Below are positions 51,483 to 62,803 of a DNA stretch of 64,000 nucleotides, one piece after another. The translations under genes and the position numbers were made by a program. Every line of letters begins with the position of its first letter. Position 1 is the first letter of the stretch. The DNA comes from Moniliella sp. 'wahieum'. Lineage: Eukaryota. The notes beneath the pieces are model-generated. The model made no database searches. It had not been told where the DNA came from and saw only the letters and a list, made by a program, of their open reading frames with translations. The stretch covers positions 186,001 through 250,000 of the forward strand of contig RSEE01000080.1 of the NCBI GenBank assembly GCA_003971905.1. Direction: 5' to 3'.

Positions 51483-52454
51483 CTAGGACGCAGGCGTTTG
51501 GCTTGCTGGGTTTTGGGTACGGGGTACTGGGCACGGCACCCCCGTTTCTCCGGTGCTGTGCTCGGTTCTTGCCGTTCCCCCTGGACGTTGGAACGAGCGC
51601 GCGGGGGCGGGTCTATGCTCTGCTCTACTCTACTGTAATGGTATAATGCGCACTTGGCATGATACGCACCAGGCTAGTGTATTGGGGTACTGAAAAGGGT
51701 TGGGTGTGGCCATGCCATCGCTACAGTATTAGTTTTTCCTTCAGAACAGTCGGACCCCGACGGAAGGATAAATAGCCCCCATGGTAAGCCTCATTGCCAG
51801 CTCGCGTCCCAGAGGTAGGTAGCCACGGTAGATTGTTTGCCCAGCTTGCCAGCACACGTTGAGCGAACTCACCCCTCCGGCCCCCAAACGAACGACTCGA
51901 GGAACTTCTATTTGCACTCCCTGTTATGCCAACCGGGGCCGTCATGTGTATATGTGGGGGAGAGAGCACACGCTACTAAAGCTACTAACAAAAGGAACAA
52001 AAGCACAACATGGAGATTTTAGGGGGAGCATTGGTCAAAGCACACAAGGAGTCTTTGCTCCCACGGTCGTATAGAGGCGTTTCGTAAGAATATACAACGA
52101 GCTCGTCTCCCCCGCGCATGGGTACACGACGGGGAGAGCGGCAGACATTTGGATGCTGGGACAGACGGAAGAAGAAACTACGTGCTCTCCCTCTTGTGAG
52201 AGAGCGCGTTTCGGTAAGGTCTTGGCATGATCATGGGTAGGCAACGGTCAAGGGCGCCGAGGGAGCCGGGACCCGGGTTGTGGGGCCATTCAAGCCCATA
52301 TCCACACTGCGCATCTAGCGTAAGGAAAGTCAGATGCCATCCTCCCTTCCCCGAGCAAAGGGTTGTAGGCAAAAGGGAGAGGCGGGGGGTCGATTACTCT
52401 CTTTACGTACCCTCGGATTGGCGTTCAGAGTCCCACGGCAAACATGCTGTGCGC

Positions 52455-52664
52455 TTAGGCCCACGGCGAGCGAAGGAGCGAGCGACCCGAGAGAAGGGGG
52501 CGCTTAGGGGCGTTGGCAGCCTGATGAGATTGGGATTGGGGCTGAGGTTGCGGAGCGGCGGGCTTGCGTGCCACGGGCCGCGCCAGCGCCGGCTTGGTGA
52601 TCGTCTTGGGCATCCGCAGCGGAGCGCGCGCAGTCGAGTTGCGCACAAGGGTCGAGGCGAACAT
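52455..52664 (-). CDS. Small basic protein (69 aa), unknown function
   Basis: MFASTLVRNSTARAPLRMPK...LLRSPWA*; TATA box and pyrimidine-rich leader upstream; canonical intron 52315-52410 downstream. Confidence 0.6.
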   Translation of the reverse strand: MFASTLVRNSTARAPLRMPKTITKPALARPVARKPAAPQPQPQSQSHQAANAPKRPLLSGRSLLRSPWA

Positions 52665-52762
52665 GGGGCGAGAGTGGGAGGCAGAGGAGGCAGAGGAGGC
52701 AGAGGCGAGGAGACAGAGGGGCGTCGGAGGAAGCAGCGTCAGAGAGGTAGGCCGACGGCGGC

Positions 52763-52775
52763 TTTTATACTTATA
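52763..52775 (-). promoter_or_regulatory. TATA box (TATAAGTATAAAA) for the small ORF
   Basis: About 100 nt upstream of the ATG at 52664, in otherwise GC-rich DNA. Confidence 0.6.
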
Positions 52776-54214
52776 CGCTCCGCGGGGGAGGGAGAGTAAC
52801 CAAGGCAGCGCCAGACCGCGCAGTGCAAGGTGCGGACATGGTCCTGTGGCGCTCTGCCACGCCCCGCGCGCACAGGCCCGGCGCAGAGGGGCAGTGTGCC
52901 TGCGTGCTCCGGCACGGGGCGTGTGGTACGCTGGAGCGCAGGGCGTGATCCATCCGATGATTGGCCAGTGGCCATCTGGCATTGCCTAGCCTAGCGTCTA
53001 ACCCCCCCAGCGAAACAGAACAGAGAGAGTTTGGGGCTGGGGGCTGCACACTGCCCCCCAGCCTACCCCGCATTCTGGCCTGATTCACCATATATTCACC
53101 ATTGTGCATTGATGTGCATGGATCATCGATCAGGGACGCATCCTATGCGATGGAACAGAGGGGAGAGGAATCCCCGGTCCAGCTTCCAGTCTGGGCCTGA
53201 TCAATGATCGGACTAAGCCAGCTGCCACAGCGCTTGTACGCATGCCAGTGTGCCTGCCTGGAAGCCCCGGATTTCACGCCCAACGTTGGAACACATCCTG
53301 CACTTGTGGTGCTATCTCCGTTCCTCTTCTGGCTCTTTTCTCCAGTCCCATTATTATTTCTGCCCCGGGATCTGCAGTGTGCCCAGACGTGTGCCATCCT
53401 TCCGTCCCCGGTCCCCCTTACAGCCTCATCGACCGGGACCTCCAGCAATGTTACTGGCTCAGCGCTCACACGAAAACCAGTTCTGCCTGTGATGGATTAG
53501 CCCCACATTCGGCGCTCCCATTGGTGATCGTCCTCTTCATCTATAGCCGACGTGTAATGGGCATGCGATCAAAACGTGTCTTTGCCCCCATCCCCATCAA
53601 TCATCTAATCACCGCCATCAGTGCATCAACACGTGCCAACGAGGATGCTCTGATCTGGAACGGCCTTTTAGGTGCACCACGGTCACCACCCATTGGTTCC
53701 TAACCCGGCGCCACGGAAGGTGGATCTATTCCTGAGACGGAGACGGAGGAGCATATGTGTTTCTCCGATCTGACAGACCAGGTTGCGGGGTCTGTGGGCG
53801 GGGTCACACATCCCCCACAGTGCTATGCGAGGCGGGCCCGTTTCGCCTCTATTCGCCCCCTTCCTGTTGCGCCTCCGGGATGGCTTCCCCCTGCTTTTGC
53901 ATCCACACCATTCTACCCCCTCTGCCTTGCTCGCCTGCCACTGCCACATGTGCATTAAGGTGCGGGGTCTGGTCTATCAGATTTCTGCGTCCTGCTGCGA
54001 TCGAGGTTCGTGGGATCAACTCGATCAACCACACCTGGTCATACAACACCGTCACCAGGTTGGCTGGACCCTCTGATCCGTTCTAATAGACGACTCTGTT
54101 TTGCCCTTTGTCTATGCTCCCCTTTTCTCTGTCTCCATGTGACTCACAGCTCATATATGTTCTCTTCTCATTCGAGGTATACAGATACCTCGCCTCCTTT
54201 CTCTTCGATGAATA

Positions 54215-54390
54215 TGATGCTGAAGGAGGAAGAGAATGGAGGACGTGGTTCTGAGGAGAGGTACTGGCGGATATGAGAAGGGTAGGGCCTTATATAGCAG
54301 AGGGTGTCGGGGAGCAGAGGGAGCGTCCGGGCGGATAAGAGGGGTGATGCGGTGATGCCTACTACGCAGGGTGGTGTGATTACGGCATCA
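54215..54390. mobile_element. About 176-bp insertion bounded by TGATGC...GCATCA (solo-LTR-like) inside the 5' repeat
   Basis: Similarity to the 3' repeat copy resumes right after it; contains TATATAAG on the minus strand. Confidence 0.5.
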
Positions 54391-54533
54391 CCCTTATCCT
54401 GTTCCCATCTTCATCTCCTGTCACATGTCACATGTCACACGTCAGGGTTGGCATTTGACCCCACTCAGCCTTCCACTTTCAGCCCAACCACCCACCCCAT
54501 TTTCGCTGGACATCTCCTCCCCCGCCCTACCCC

Positions 54534-55613
54534 ATGTCTAACAGCCGCACACAGGGCACTGCGCCCACCACGCCCACCCCCGAGATGGACGACTTCTCCG
54601 ACGCCAACAATACTTCGTTGACCTCCGCGCCTTCCCACACCGGTGCCTCAGGATCGGCCCTCCCCCCCGTGGTCACTTCCCCCACCCCCCCTGCGGATCC
54701 AGACGTACAAGCTCTTATCGCTGCCACTGTCGAGGCTCTCCTCCCTCGCCTCAGGGACCTGGGAATTCAAACGGTTGCCAATCCCGCGCCCGCGCCCGAG
54801 ACTGCGCCTACCGCACCACCCCCCTCCTCGAACCCCGTGCGTCCGGTTGTTCGTCGCTCCCGCGTTGACGGGCATAAAGCCCTGATTGACGCCATGGCCA
54901 CCTGGCGTGTTACCCAAGATCCCGTCCCTGTCACCGATCGCATTGTGGAGCTGCGGGCCCGTTTCGACGCAGCCTTCCGCGACGTTGACGACTTATGGCA
55001 GCATATGCTCGTTCAAGCCATGCGGAACGACCTGTTTGCGATCCGGTGCCATGACCTGTCTTTCGACGAGACGGTCAGAAGGGCGTACGCCGCCTCTCCT
55101 TTCCGTTCAGGCCCACTGCCTTCCCACAGCTTACACGTATCGGCCGGAACCTGCTTTCTGCTTGCAGCCGGGGGCTGCCGCCTCAATCCCAGCCCAGGCT
55201 CGGAATCGGCGCCGCAACGCGCCTCGACGCCGCCGCCCGAACCGCGCCAACAATCCCCACGTGTGACCGCCCCCACTGCCGCTCCCAGCCCGGGGACCAA
55301 CTCTGGTAGCCCGATGCCCTCTGCCACGCTGCCACCGTCTCTAACATCTCCTTCAACTCCCTCCACTCTTCCGGACGGAACCCCTTCCGAGCAATTCCAA
55401 AGCGAGCCTTTTGATCGCTCCACCCTCCACCTTTTTGGACGCCTGGCCCGGGTGCACAACCCCACTGCCCGCAAGGGCCATGCCAGCCGCGCGCAACAGT
55501 GCATCCACGTTGGCTACGACATCATTCAGAGAAAATGGCGGCCACGCGTTCATTGCGACACCGGCTGGGCTCCGACCAGATCCAAGAGCGTAAATAAGTT
55601 TCCGCCACAATGA
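54534..55613 (+). CDS. Retrotransposon-derived ORF (gag-like region plus integrase C-terminal-like region)
   Basis: 359-aa ATG-initiated ORF within the copia remnant; the gag call is positional and from helical composition only. Confidence 0.55.
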   Translation: MSNSRTQGTAPTTPTPEMDDFSDANNTSLTSAPSHTGASGSALPPVVTSPTPPADPDVQALIAATVEALLPRLRDLGIQTVANPAPAPETAPTAPPPSSNPVRPVVRRSRVDGHKALIDAMATWRVTQDPVPVTDRIVELRARFDAAFRDVDDLWQHMLVQAMRNDLFAIRCHDLSFDETVRRAYAASPFRSGPLPSHSLHVSAGTCFLLAAGGCRLNPSPGSESAPQRASTPPPEPRQQSPRVTAPTAAPSPGTNSGSPMPSATLPPSLTSPSTPSTLPDGTPSEQFQSEPFDRSTLHLFGRLARVHNPTARKGHASRAQQCIHVGYDIIQRKWRPRVHCDTGWAPTRSKSVNKFPPQ

Positions 55614-56741
55614 GTCCCTAACGGGCGACGGTGACGGCGCGGCCACGCTCCCCTTCTCCAGGGGTGGCTCAGCCCCATTCCCACGTCTGCTCCCCTCCAT
55701 CCCCTCGGCCGTACCCCACGGCGGCGCACCTATTCTCCCCTTTTCGACCGTGACACCCCCCCTTCCCCCCTCGCTTTTGGCGACGAATCTCTTTTAGGCT
55801 ATGTGCCCACTCCATTGCGCAGAGCAGCACATCCACCCCGGACCCTAATCTCTTCACGTACACGGCTGCCATGGACAGCGTATGACAGTGTATGGGGCCC
55901 CGATTTCCGTACGGCAATGGAGGCTGAACGCACCAACATGCGTGACGTGTTGTTTTCCGTTGACCAGTTTGAGGGCGTCAAGATCATCCTCACGGAATGG
56001 GTTCTAACCCGCCGGTCCAAGCCCAACGGCAACGTCCGCGTCAAATGGCGCATCGTGGCGCTGGCGACGCCCAGCCGGCAGACATCTAAGGCTACGCACG
56101 CGGTTCTACTCTCCCTCATAGCTGGTGTCATCGCCCTGGCATGTTCCCTCGCCTCCTTTCTCCTCGATGAATATGATCCTCATACTTTCCCCCATCTCGA
56201 TCTCCTGTCCTTCCCCCGAAAGACGAAGAGTTTTGTGGGATGATAAACCCGGCGCCACCGGACATCTTTTTCGTTTCTATATCCAGTTCACCGATCGTAC
56301 TCTATTATCTACCAGGCCCCTAGAGGGGCCAGAGAACGTCCCCAAAATCGGGTGGAGCGCCCGGATGCTCGTGCTCGCCGAGGACCCCGAATGAGGAGGC
56401 GAGGCCACCGAGAGAAGCAGCATCGGGCGTACACACTTAATAAGATCCCTGTTGAATTATCCCCTCTCTCGGACGGGGGTAAGCTGTAAGTATGGTGCAA
56501 AGCAAGGTGGGTGCTCCTTGTAGGGTTGCTCGTCGGTGGGTGCTAGGCTCGCCTTGCTGCCAGCACGTTATTGAAACTTGAAACGAGGCGGGCGAGGGGT
56601 GGGAGCGCGCAGGCAGACTGGTGTGGTGCGGGGTGGAATTAGTAATGGCGCGGACGGCCTGGCGGTCGAGGCGGCTGCTTCGGCCGGCTGGCGCTGCTGC
56701 GGCTGCTGCTGCCCCCCCCACCACCGACGGACCAGCCGGCG

Positions 56742-57488
56742 ATGCTAGCCCCCGCGCTCTCCTCCCTCCCGCGCCTTGGTTCGTCCCACCCCTCTCCGCA
56801 TCCGAGGCCGTGCTGACTCCGCCTGCTCTTTCCTCTCTTTCTCCAGGGGCCATCAGCACCGCTCGTGCTGGCCTTCGCGCCGCGCTCCCCCGGCCGCCCT
56901 TCGCCCCTTGTCCACCTCTGCTGCCCCGGCGCAGGCGCTGGAGCCCATCCCGCCCCCGCCCAAGGAGTGGACCGTCATGGCCGACGCTGGCTCCAACCAG
57001 CAGTCCCTCGAGACGCCCCAGAACAAGGCCGAGTGGGTGCTGACCAAGATGGACCAGATTGTCAACTGGGGCCGGCAGGGTTCGCTCTGGCCCATGACCT
57101 TTGGTCTGGCTGTGCCATTGAGATGATGCACTGCTCTACCCCGCGGTACGACCAAGATCGACTGGGTATCATTTTCCGTGCCTCGCCGCGTCAGTCGGAC
57201 GTGATGATTGTCGCTGGCACGTTGACCAACAAGATGGCCCCCGGCTTGCGCAAGGTGTACGACCAGATGCCCGAGCCACGGTGGGTAGTGTCCATGGGCT
57301 CGTGCGCCAATGGCGGCGGGTACTACCACTACTCGTACTCGGTCGTGCGTGGGTGCGACCGCATTGTGCCAGTTGACCTGTACGTCCCTGGATGCCCGCC
57401 CACGGCCGAGGCGCTGCTGTACGGCCTGATGCAGCTCCAGCGCAAGATGCGCAGGAACCGCAAGTCGGTCTTGTGGTACCGCAAGTAG
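56742..57488 (+). CDS. NDUFS7: NADH:ubiquinone oxidoreductase PSST/20-kDa subunit, frameshifted
   Basis: [85 protein letters not shown]; intron 56779-56846. Confidence 0.97.
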
Positions 57489-58101
57489 ATGGACGCTCAT
57501 GGCTCTGTATCACCATGCTCTCATCCCCCCGCTTGGCTCCAGTTTGTAGTTGATTAGGTTTTCCACATGCATTTCCTCTTACGAGGGAGCGCACGAACGC
57601 GAGGAATCGCGTTAGCCTGAGGGTGCCGATCCGGTTGAAGAAAGCGTGCTGTTGTGGTCTGGGTGTGGCCAAAGACGGGAGTGCATCTTCTGCAGCGTTC
57701 CCGGAAGCACATCTGTGTGGTTGCGGTCGAAAGGCAACAACCTCACCGTTGGAGGAAGATGGGGCACACGTGCAGGTTCATATAGGAGTGTTTCGTGGCT
57801 GTAGCAACTGATATTGATAATCGATAACTACAGAAAAAGATGGTGCATACCGTGAGGCATATATTTTGCTACGACCGAGAAGGCCGAACGGGGTTGACCA
57901 AGGCAGCGTCACGTAAGGAACGTGTCTCACGATCGCCGCTTTGGCCAACCTAGTTAACCGGGTGCATACAAGCCCACCGGCGACACCCTCACCCCCACGC
58001 GCACGTCTGAGCTGAGGCAGGTGCCTAGTCGGCACAGGATGGGGGGGGGAAGGTGGATGAAGGTGGGAGAGAAGACAAAGGGGACCAGGGAAACCGGGCG
58101 C

Positions 58102-58624
58102 TTAGTCAAACAGACCGAAGCCCATGTCGTCATCAGACTCCTCCTCCTCTTCCTCCTTCTTCTCCTCGGCGGGGGCAGCCGCCTCACCGCCAGCGGCCGC
58201 CGCAGCGGCCGGGGCAGCACCGCGGGGCAGCACCCACGGCACCAATGCCGGCAAGCAGCTCCTTCACGTCCTTGCCCTCCAGCGCCTTGGCGAGCAGAGT
58301 GGCCCACACCGGCTCCACTTCCACCTTGGCGGCCTTGGTCAGGGTGGTGATCTTCTCAGCCTGTACAAGAGAAGATAAGTCAGCTCCGGGCTCGAGATAG
58401 AGACACCCAGGACCTGTCGGGGACCCCGGTTGTGGCGGCGGGACCAGTCGACGTCCCGGATGCAGCGGCGGTCCAGTCCTTGCACCACACCGTACTCCCC
58501 CCGGGCAGGCCACACCATTGAGTGCACTTTACCGAGACGGAAAGTGGAAAGAATGACATACAGAGATCTCGACGTGCTCGTCAGCAAGGATGAGGGTCGC
58601 GAGGGTGGCGGCGTTGGCAGACAT
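58102..58624 (-). CDS. RPP1: 60S acidic ribosomal protein P1
   Basis: [13 protein letters not shown]^[36 protein letters not shown]...[14 protein letters not shown]; intron 58361-58561. Confidence 0.96.
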
Positions 58625-59865
58625 GTCGAACAGACGGGCAAAGTGGTGCTTGGCTGGAGGAGACGCGCGACCACCACCGCGAGCAATGGTCTGGGAAGCC
58701 CGGGAGGAGACTAGGGTTAGTAACGAATAGGGTTCTAGGCGCAATTAAATCGCCCCGGAACACGCAGTGACCCGCAAGATGAAAGATTCATATGTGTGCA
58801 TGAATCTGTGCGTCCGACCTGGAGTAAATTCCCCCCCGACCGCCATCCAGGACAACGGCGCTTGCGAGCAGGGCAGGAAAGAGGACAGGGTCGCTGTATA
58901 CGACGTGGGTCGCCTTGCGCGTGCTCTTTCACTTGATGCATTGCAGGTGCATTCCGAATGGCATCTGGGAGCGAAGCGGTTGCGAGCCTGGGTAGGCGTG
59001 GTGGGAGCCCATGGACAGAGATGGTAGATCTGGTCGGATTCCCACTGACGCCGACTGTTTTGGGGCATGGGTCTCATGTGGGGGAACTTGCCGTTGACTG
59101 CACTAGACGACTGGGCACCCCGTGCATGACCCTGATGGTAGCGCTGAGAGTATCAACCCGAGAGTGTACTTTCCCATCATTGTCGACACATCAGGCTGAA
59201 CTTCACCCTTGTGGACCGATGCGGCTCGCCGAGCTTTGAGTGCAGTTGCCCTGCCGTTTCAGTATTGCTGTCGATTGCTAGGTATCGAGGACGAACTGAG
59301 GGGGGGCATGGTTATAGGGAAATAGGGCAATGAAAGAAGGTGCCGCCGCGACTAGCTGCGATTGGGGCGCGACAATGTGAATGAGTGGTACGCTGCAGTG
59401 ACGTATCGACCGGGTGCTGTCAAGGGCAGAGCTCACGGTGAGCGGCGAGCAGAGGCGGACGAGGCGATGAAAAGGAAGCAGGTGAGGGTAGGAGGGTGTA
59501 GCCATCCCGCCAACATATAGTCCAAATTGTTAGAACTGAGAGTTGGACATGCAATTCCCAATCTCGTCCTGTTGTCATGTTCATGCGAGCAGGACATCAA
59601 GAGAATGAGCTGAGCCCACGACGTGGAGTGGTGTCGTTGTATGTACTCTTGCTACGTCGTCTATGATGAAAAGCGAGGTGGCATCCATCCATCGAATGGC
59701 TCAGTGTGCAATACGTTGCACATTCTTTCCGTCGTGTTGGTGCAGGAAGGAACAGATGCATAGATGATGGGCATAGGTCAAACTCAAACGACAAACGCGC
59801 CGACATACGCATGAAGCATTTGATTTGAGTGCAATGAAGATTAGACTTAAGATGAGCGACGGATA

Positions 59866-61259
59866 TTAGGCATGCTCGGCTTCGTGCTCGGGCGCTGACG
59901 TCGGTTGCCGATGCGAACGGGAGCGGGAACGGGAGCGAGAGCGGGAGCGAGAGCGGGAACGGGAGCGGCTTATCCTGGGCGGCTTGGGACGCAGGAACTT
60001 GGGCGGCTTCCAGATCCCGTTGAACACCATTGTGCCAGTGACAAGGCAGGCAAATCCCAAGGCCTGCAATGAACCCTGGACGAGATGAAGGTGTTCCCAA
60101 CCCAACAGAAGGCTGACCAGCCAAATTCCCAGCGTACGGCACGTGTCGATAGTCGAGCGCGCTGCGGCCGAGATGCTGCGGGTAACGCTGAGACCAAAGA
60201 AATTGAAGAAGGCAATGGAGAAGGCGATGGCCACCGCGTACCATCGCACGGCCGGAATGTACGCCAATTGGCTCCAGCCGCCCAGATGTCAAACACACCT
60301 CCTTGACCATCTTGTGTCTGACCAAGGAAAATGTGCAGCACAATCATACCGACCAAGGTCGTGGCAAAACCAAAGAAGCCCTCCGAGCCAACCGCAACCA
60401 GCGGCTCGACCGTGTGCTGCTCCATGATCTTCTCCTCGAGCACAAATTGTGATGCGGTAAAAAGTGGGCAAAGAGAATGAGGAGGACGCCGAGAAGCGAC
60501 TGGGCCACTTCCGGAAGCTCCTCGTCGTCATCGGCCAAGCGCCCCGCCTCAGGAACGGGCTGGGGCAAGGACCCACTGATGCCTACAATCCCGACCCCAA
60601 CCATGACCAGAGCGAGGCAGAGCCACTGGAACGCGAGAAGATGCCGACGAAGGAAGATGACGCTGAACACCCACCCACAACACTAGCGCTCCGCGCGTCA
60701 TTCTGGTTCGAACAAAACACGAGTCTGTCAGATGCTAGCTCGGCGCCCCAAGGGAGCGGAAGAAAGACGTACTGGTAGATACTGACTGGGGTCAGGATGA
60801 GGCCGACGTTCATCAGTGTCGTGCCAATAATGTCGCACAGAGCAGGTAGGAAGAAAAGGATCATGGCACGGCCGTGGATCACGGGCTCGTCCTCCTTGCC
60901 AGCCTCATCGAGGGGACTGCAGCCAGTGGATCGGTCTGTTCCAACGCCGGAGTGGGGGGGATGGTGCCATAGTCTTGCACTGGATCACCTGTACCGCTGG
61001 CAATAGGTGCATATGCGTTCTTACGAGCCCAATAGCGCAGTAGAGCCCCATGAGCTTCCCGGGCGAGAACGGGGAGGAGACAGAGCATCTCGCCCACAAA
61101 CATGACTAGCGTTTGCCACACGGGTTGAGCATACTCGGCATGTTTGCGAGGATCAGGGTCGCAATTGGCAACGCACACCTGGTCCTGCGCCTTGGACAAA
61201 AGACTGTTGGTGATCCCGGTCGCAAGCATCAGAGCGACCAGGACGGGCACAGGCGCCAT
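59866..61259 (-). CDS. SLC35F6-like nucleotide-sugar transporter family membrane protein, frameshifted
   Basis: QPVWQTLVMFVGEMLCL, FFLPALCDIIGTTLMNVGL..SIYQM, EEKIM..EPLVAVGSEGFFG, SIAFFNFFGLSVTRSISAAARSTIDTCRT. Confidence 0.88.
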
Positions 61260-61710
61260 GGTGGGAGAGTGGGGCGCGCCGGCGAAGGTTGGATGGGAGG
61301 GAGGTGTCCGCAGCGAATGCGATGGGGGGGAGGAGGAAGGGAGGAGGAGTAGGGGGGAAGGGCCGGGAGCAGAGTGAAGGTGGTGGTGGGGATGATGGTG
61401 ATGGAGGGGGTGGGCCGGTCGCGCGTATCTACCGGTGCTTGCGATGCTGGCTGATCGATCATCCACGCGGCTCGAATCAAACCCTAGCAGCGGCTGTGTG
61501 GAAATCACCCGCCCACCCTCTCCCCTATGTGAATGTGGTTGATTTCATTCACCCTGCCTGGCGGCCCCTGGGTTGCATGTCGAAATGGGACAGCGACTTG
61601 CTTGCTATGTCGCCATTTCGTCCACATGGTCAGACAGCTAGCTAGCTGCTACATCACTACTTCACCCTTGCTCCGTCCACAACAAAATGAGTGCTGTGCA
61701 GGACCATGTA

Positions 61711-62511
61711 TCAAGCGTACGTGTCGACAAGGGCGTCGCGCAGCGCGTCCACCGACTTGGCTCCGCCTTCGCCCGACACCTTTAGCGCCGCTTCAACCAC
61801 CGAGATTTCCGTTGCCGTCGACTCCATCCCGCAGAATGCTGCCCAGTCGTTGGCCAGAAGCCCAGCGCCAATAATATCGACCCACGGTTCCGTACCTGCC
61901 ACGACGGGCACTTGCAGCAACGAAGACAGTCGTCTTGGTCCTGGATCGTCGTGTGGGGGCTGACGATCGCGCCTTGGTTAGTGATCACCGAGTAAGAGCC
62001 CACCAACACATTTTCACCAATCGTTTGCCGGAACACTTCGACTTTGAGTACGTCGGCAATGATCTCCTCCGTTTCCCGGTCCAGGTCGGGGTGCACCACC
62101 GCCACATAGTCTGAACCATCATTCTCCAAAGTCAGTCCCGTACCCAGGGAAGAAAGAGAGTAAAGGCGACGTACCGTTGCATGCAATCACATTGCCCAGC
62201 GCGGATAACCGTTCCTCGACCCGCTGGATGGCGACCGAGTCTGGGAGGGAGTTGCGCAGGGTGTTGCTGCAGTTCCTGGTCGGTGGTCGTGCTGGGCACA
62301 AGGAGACCGTGGCGGTTGCCAACTGTCAAGCGGCCGACCAGGCGCGTGCTTGCAATGGAGCAGTGGATCACCGGCACCACATCGCCCAGTTCCGCCTCAA
62401 ACGTGCTGTAAAAGTTGGTGAGCCGCCCTGGGCCACCAGACAGTAGGAGTTGGTGAGGCGCGCAAACACACCAATCTCGGACGAGTTCTCAAAGCGTGTG
62501 CGGACGGCCAT
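61711..62511 (-). CDS. TIF6: Eukaryotic translation initiation factor 6, frameshifted
   Basis: [39 protein letters not shown]^[36 protein letters not shown]; intron 62111-62174. Confidence 0.97.
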
Positions 62512-62803
62512 GGTGTAGATCCCAAGAGGTCGGCAGTGGTGGTGGGCAGAGACGGTTGGGCGAAAGCGGACGCCTTCGGGCCTGTCACGGGAGGGCGGGG
62601 GTGGGGGACGCCGAAAGAAATGAGAAAAAATGAGGCAGATCGTTCCGCCGCGTCGGGCGGTTCCGCTCGCAGCTGCCGGCACGAGACCTGTGAAGCTTTG
62701 AAGCGGGGCCATTCGCCCGCCATTCATTCTCCTGGGCACCTTCCCGTTGGAACCGCACCACTACCATCCCGCCCTGAGCCACTCGAGTCCCTGCGGTGCC
62801 CAC

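Larger units (their letters stand above)
54188..56210 (+). mobile_element. Degenerate, internally deleted Ty1/copia LTR retrotransposon
   Basis: LHLFGRLARVHNP..ASRAQQCIHVGY resembles the copia integrase C-terminal SH3-like region; FRTAMEAE..IILTEWVLTRRSKPNGNVRVKWRIVA resembles the copia RT start (W.EAM.EE..KWVF..K..G....KARLVA); flanked by a 31-nt direct repeat (54188-54218, 56147-56177; 30/31 identical). Confidence 0.75.
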
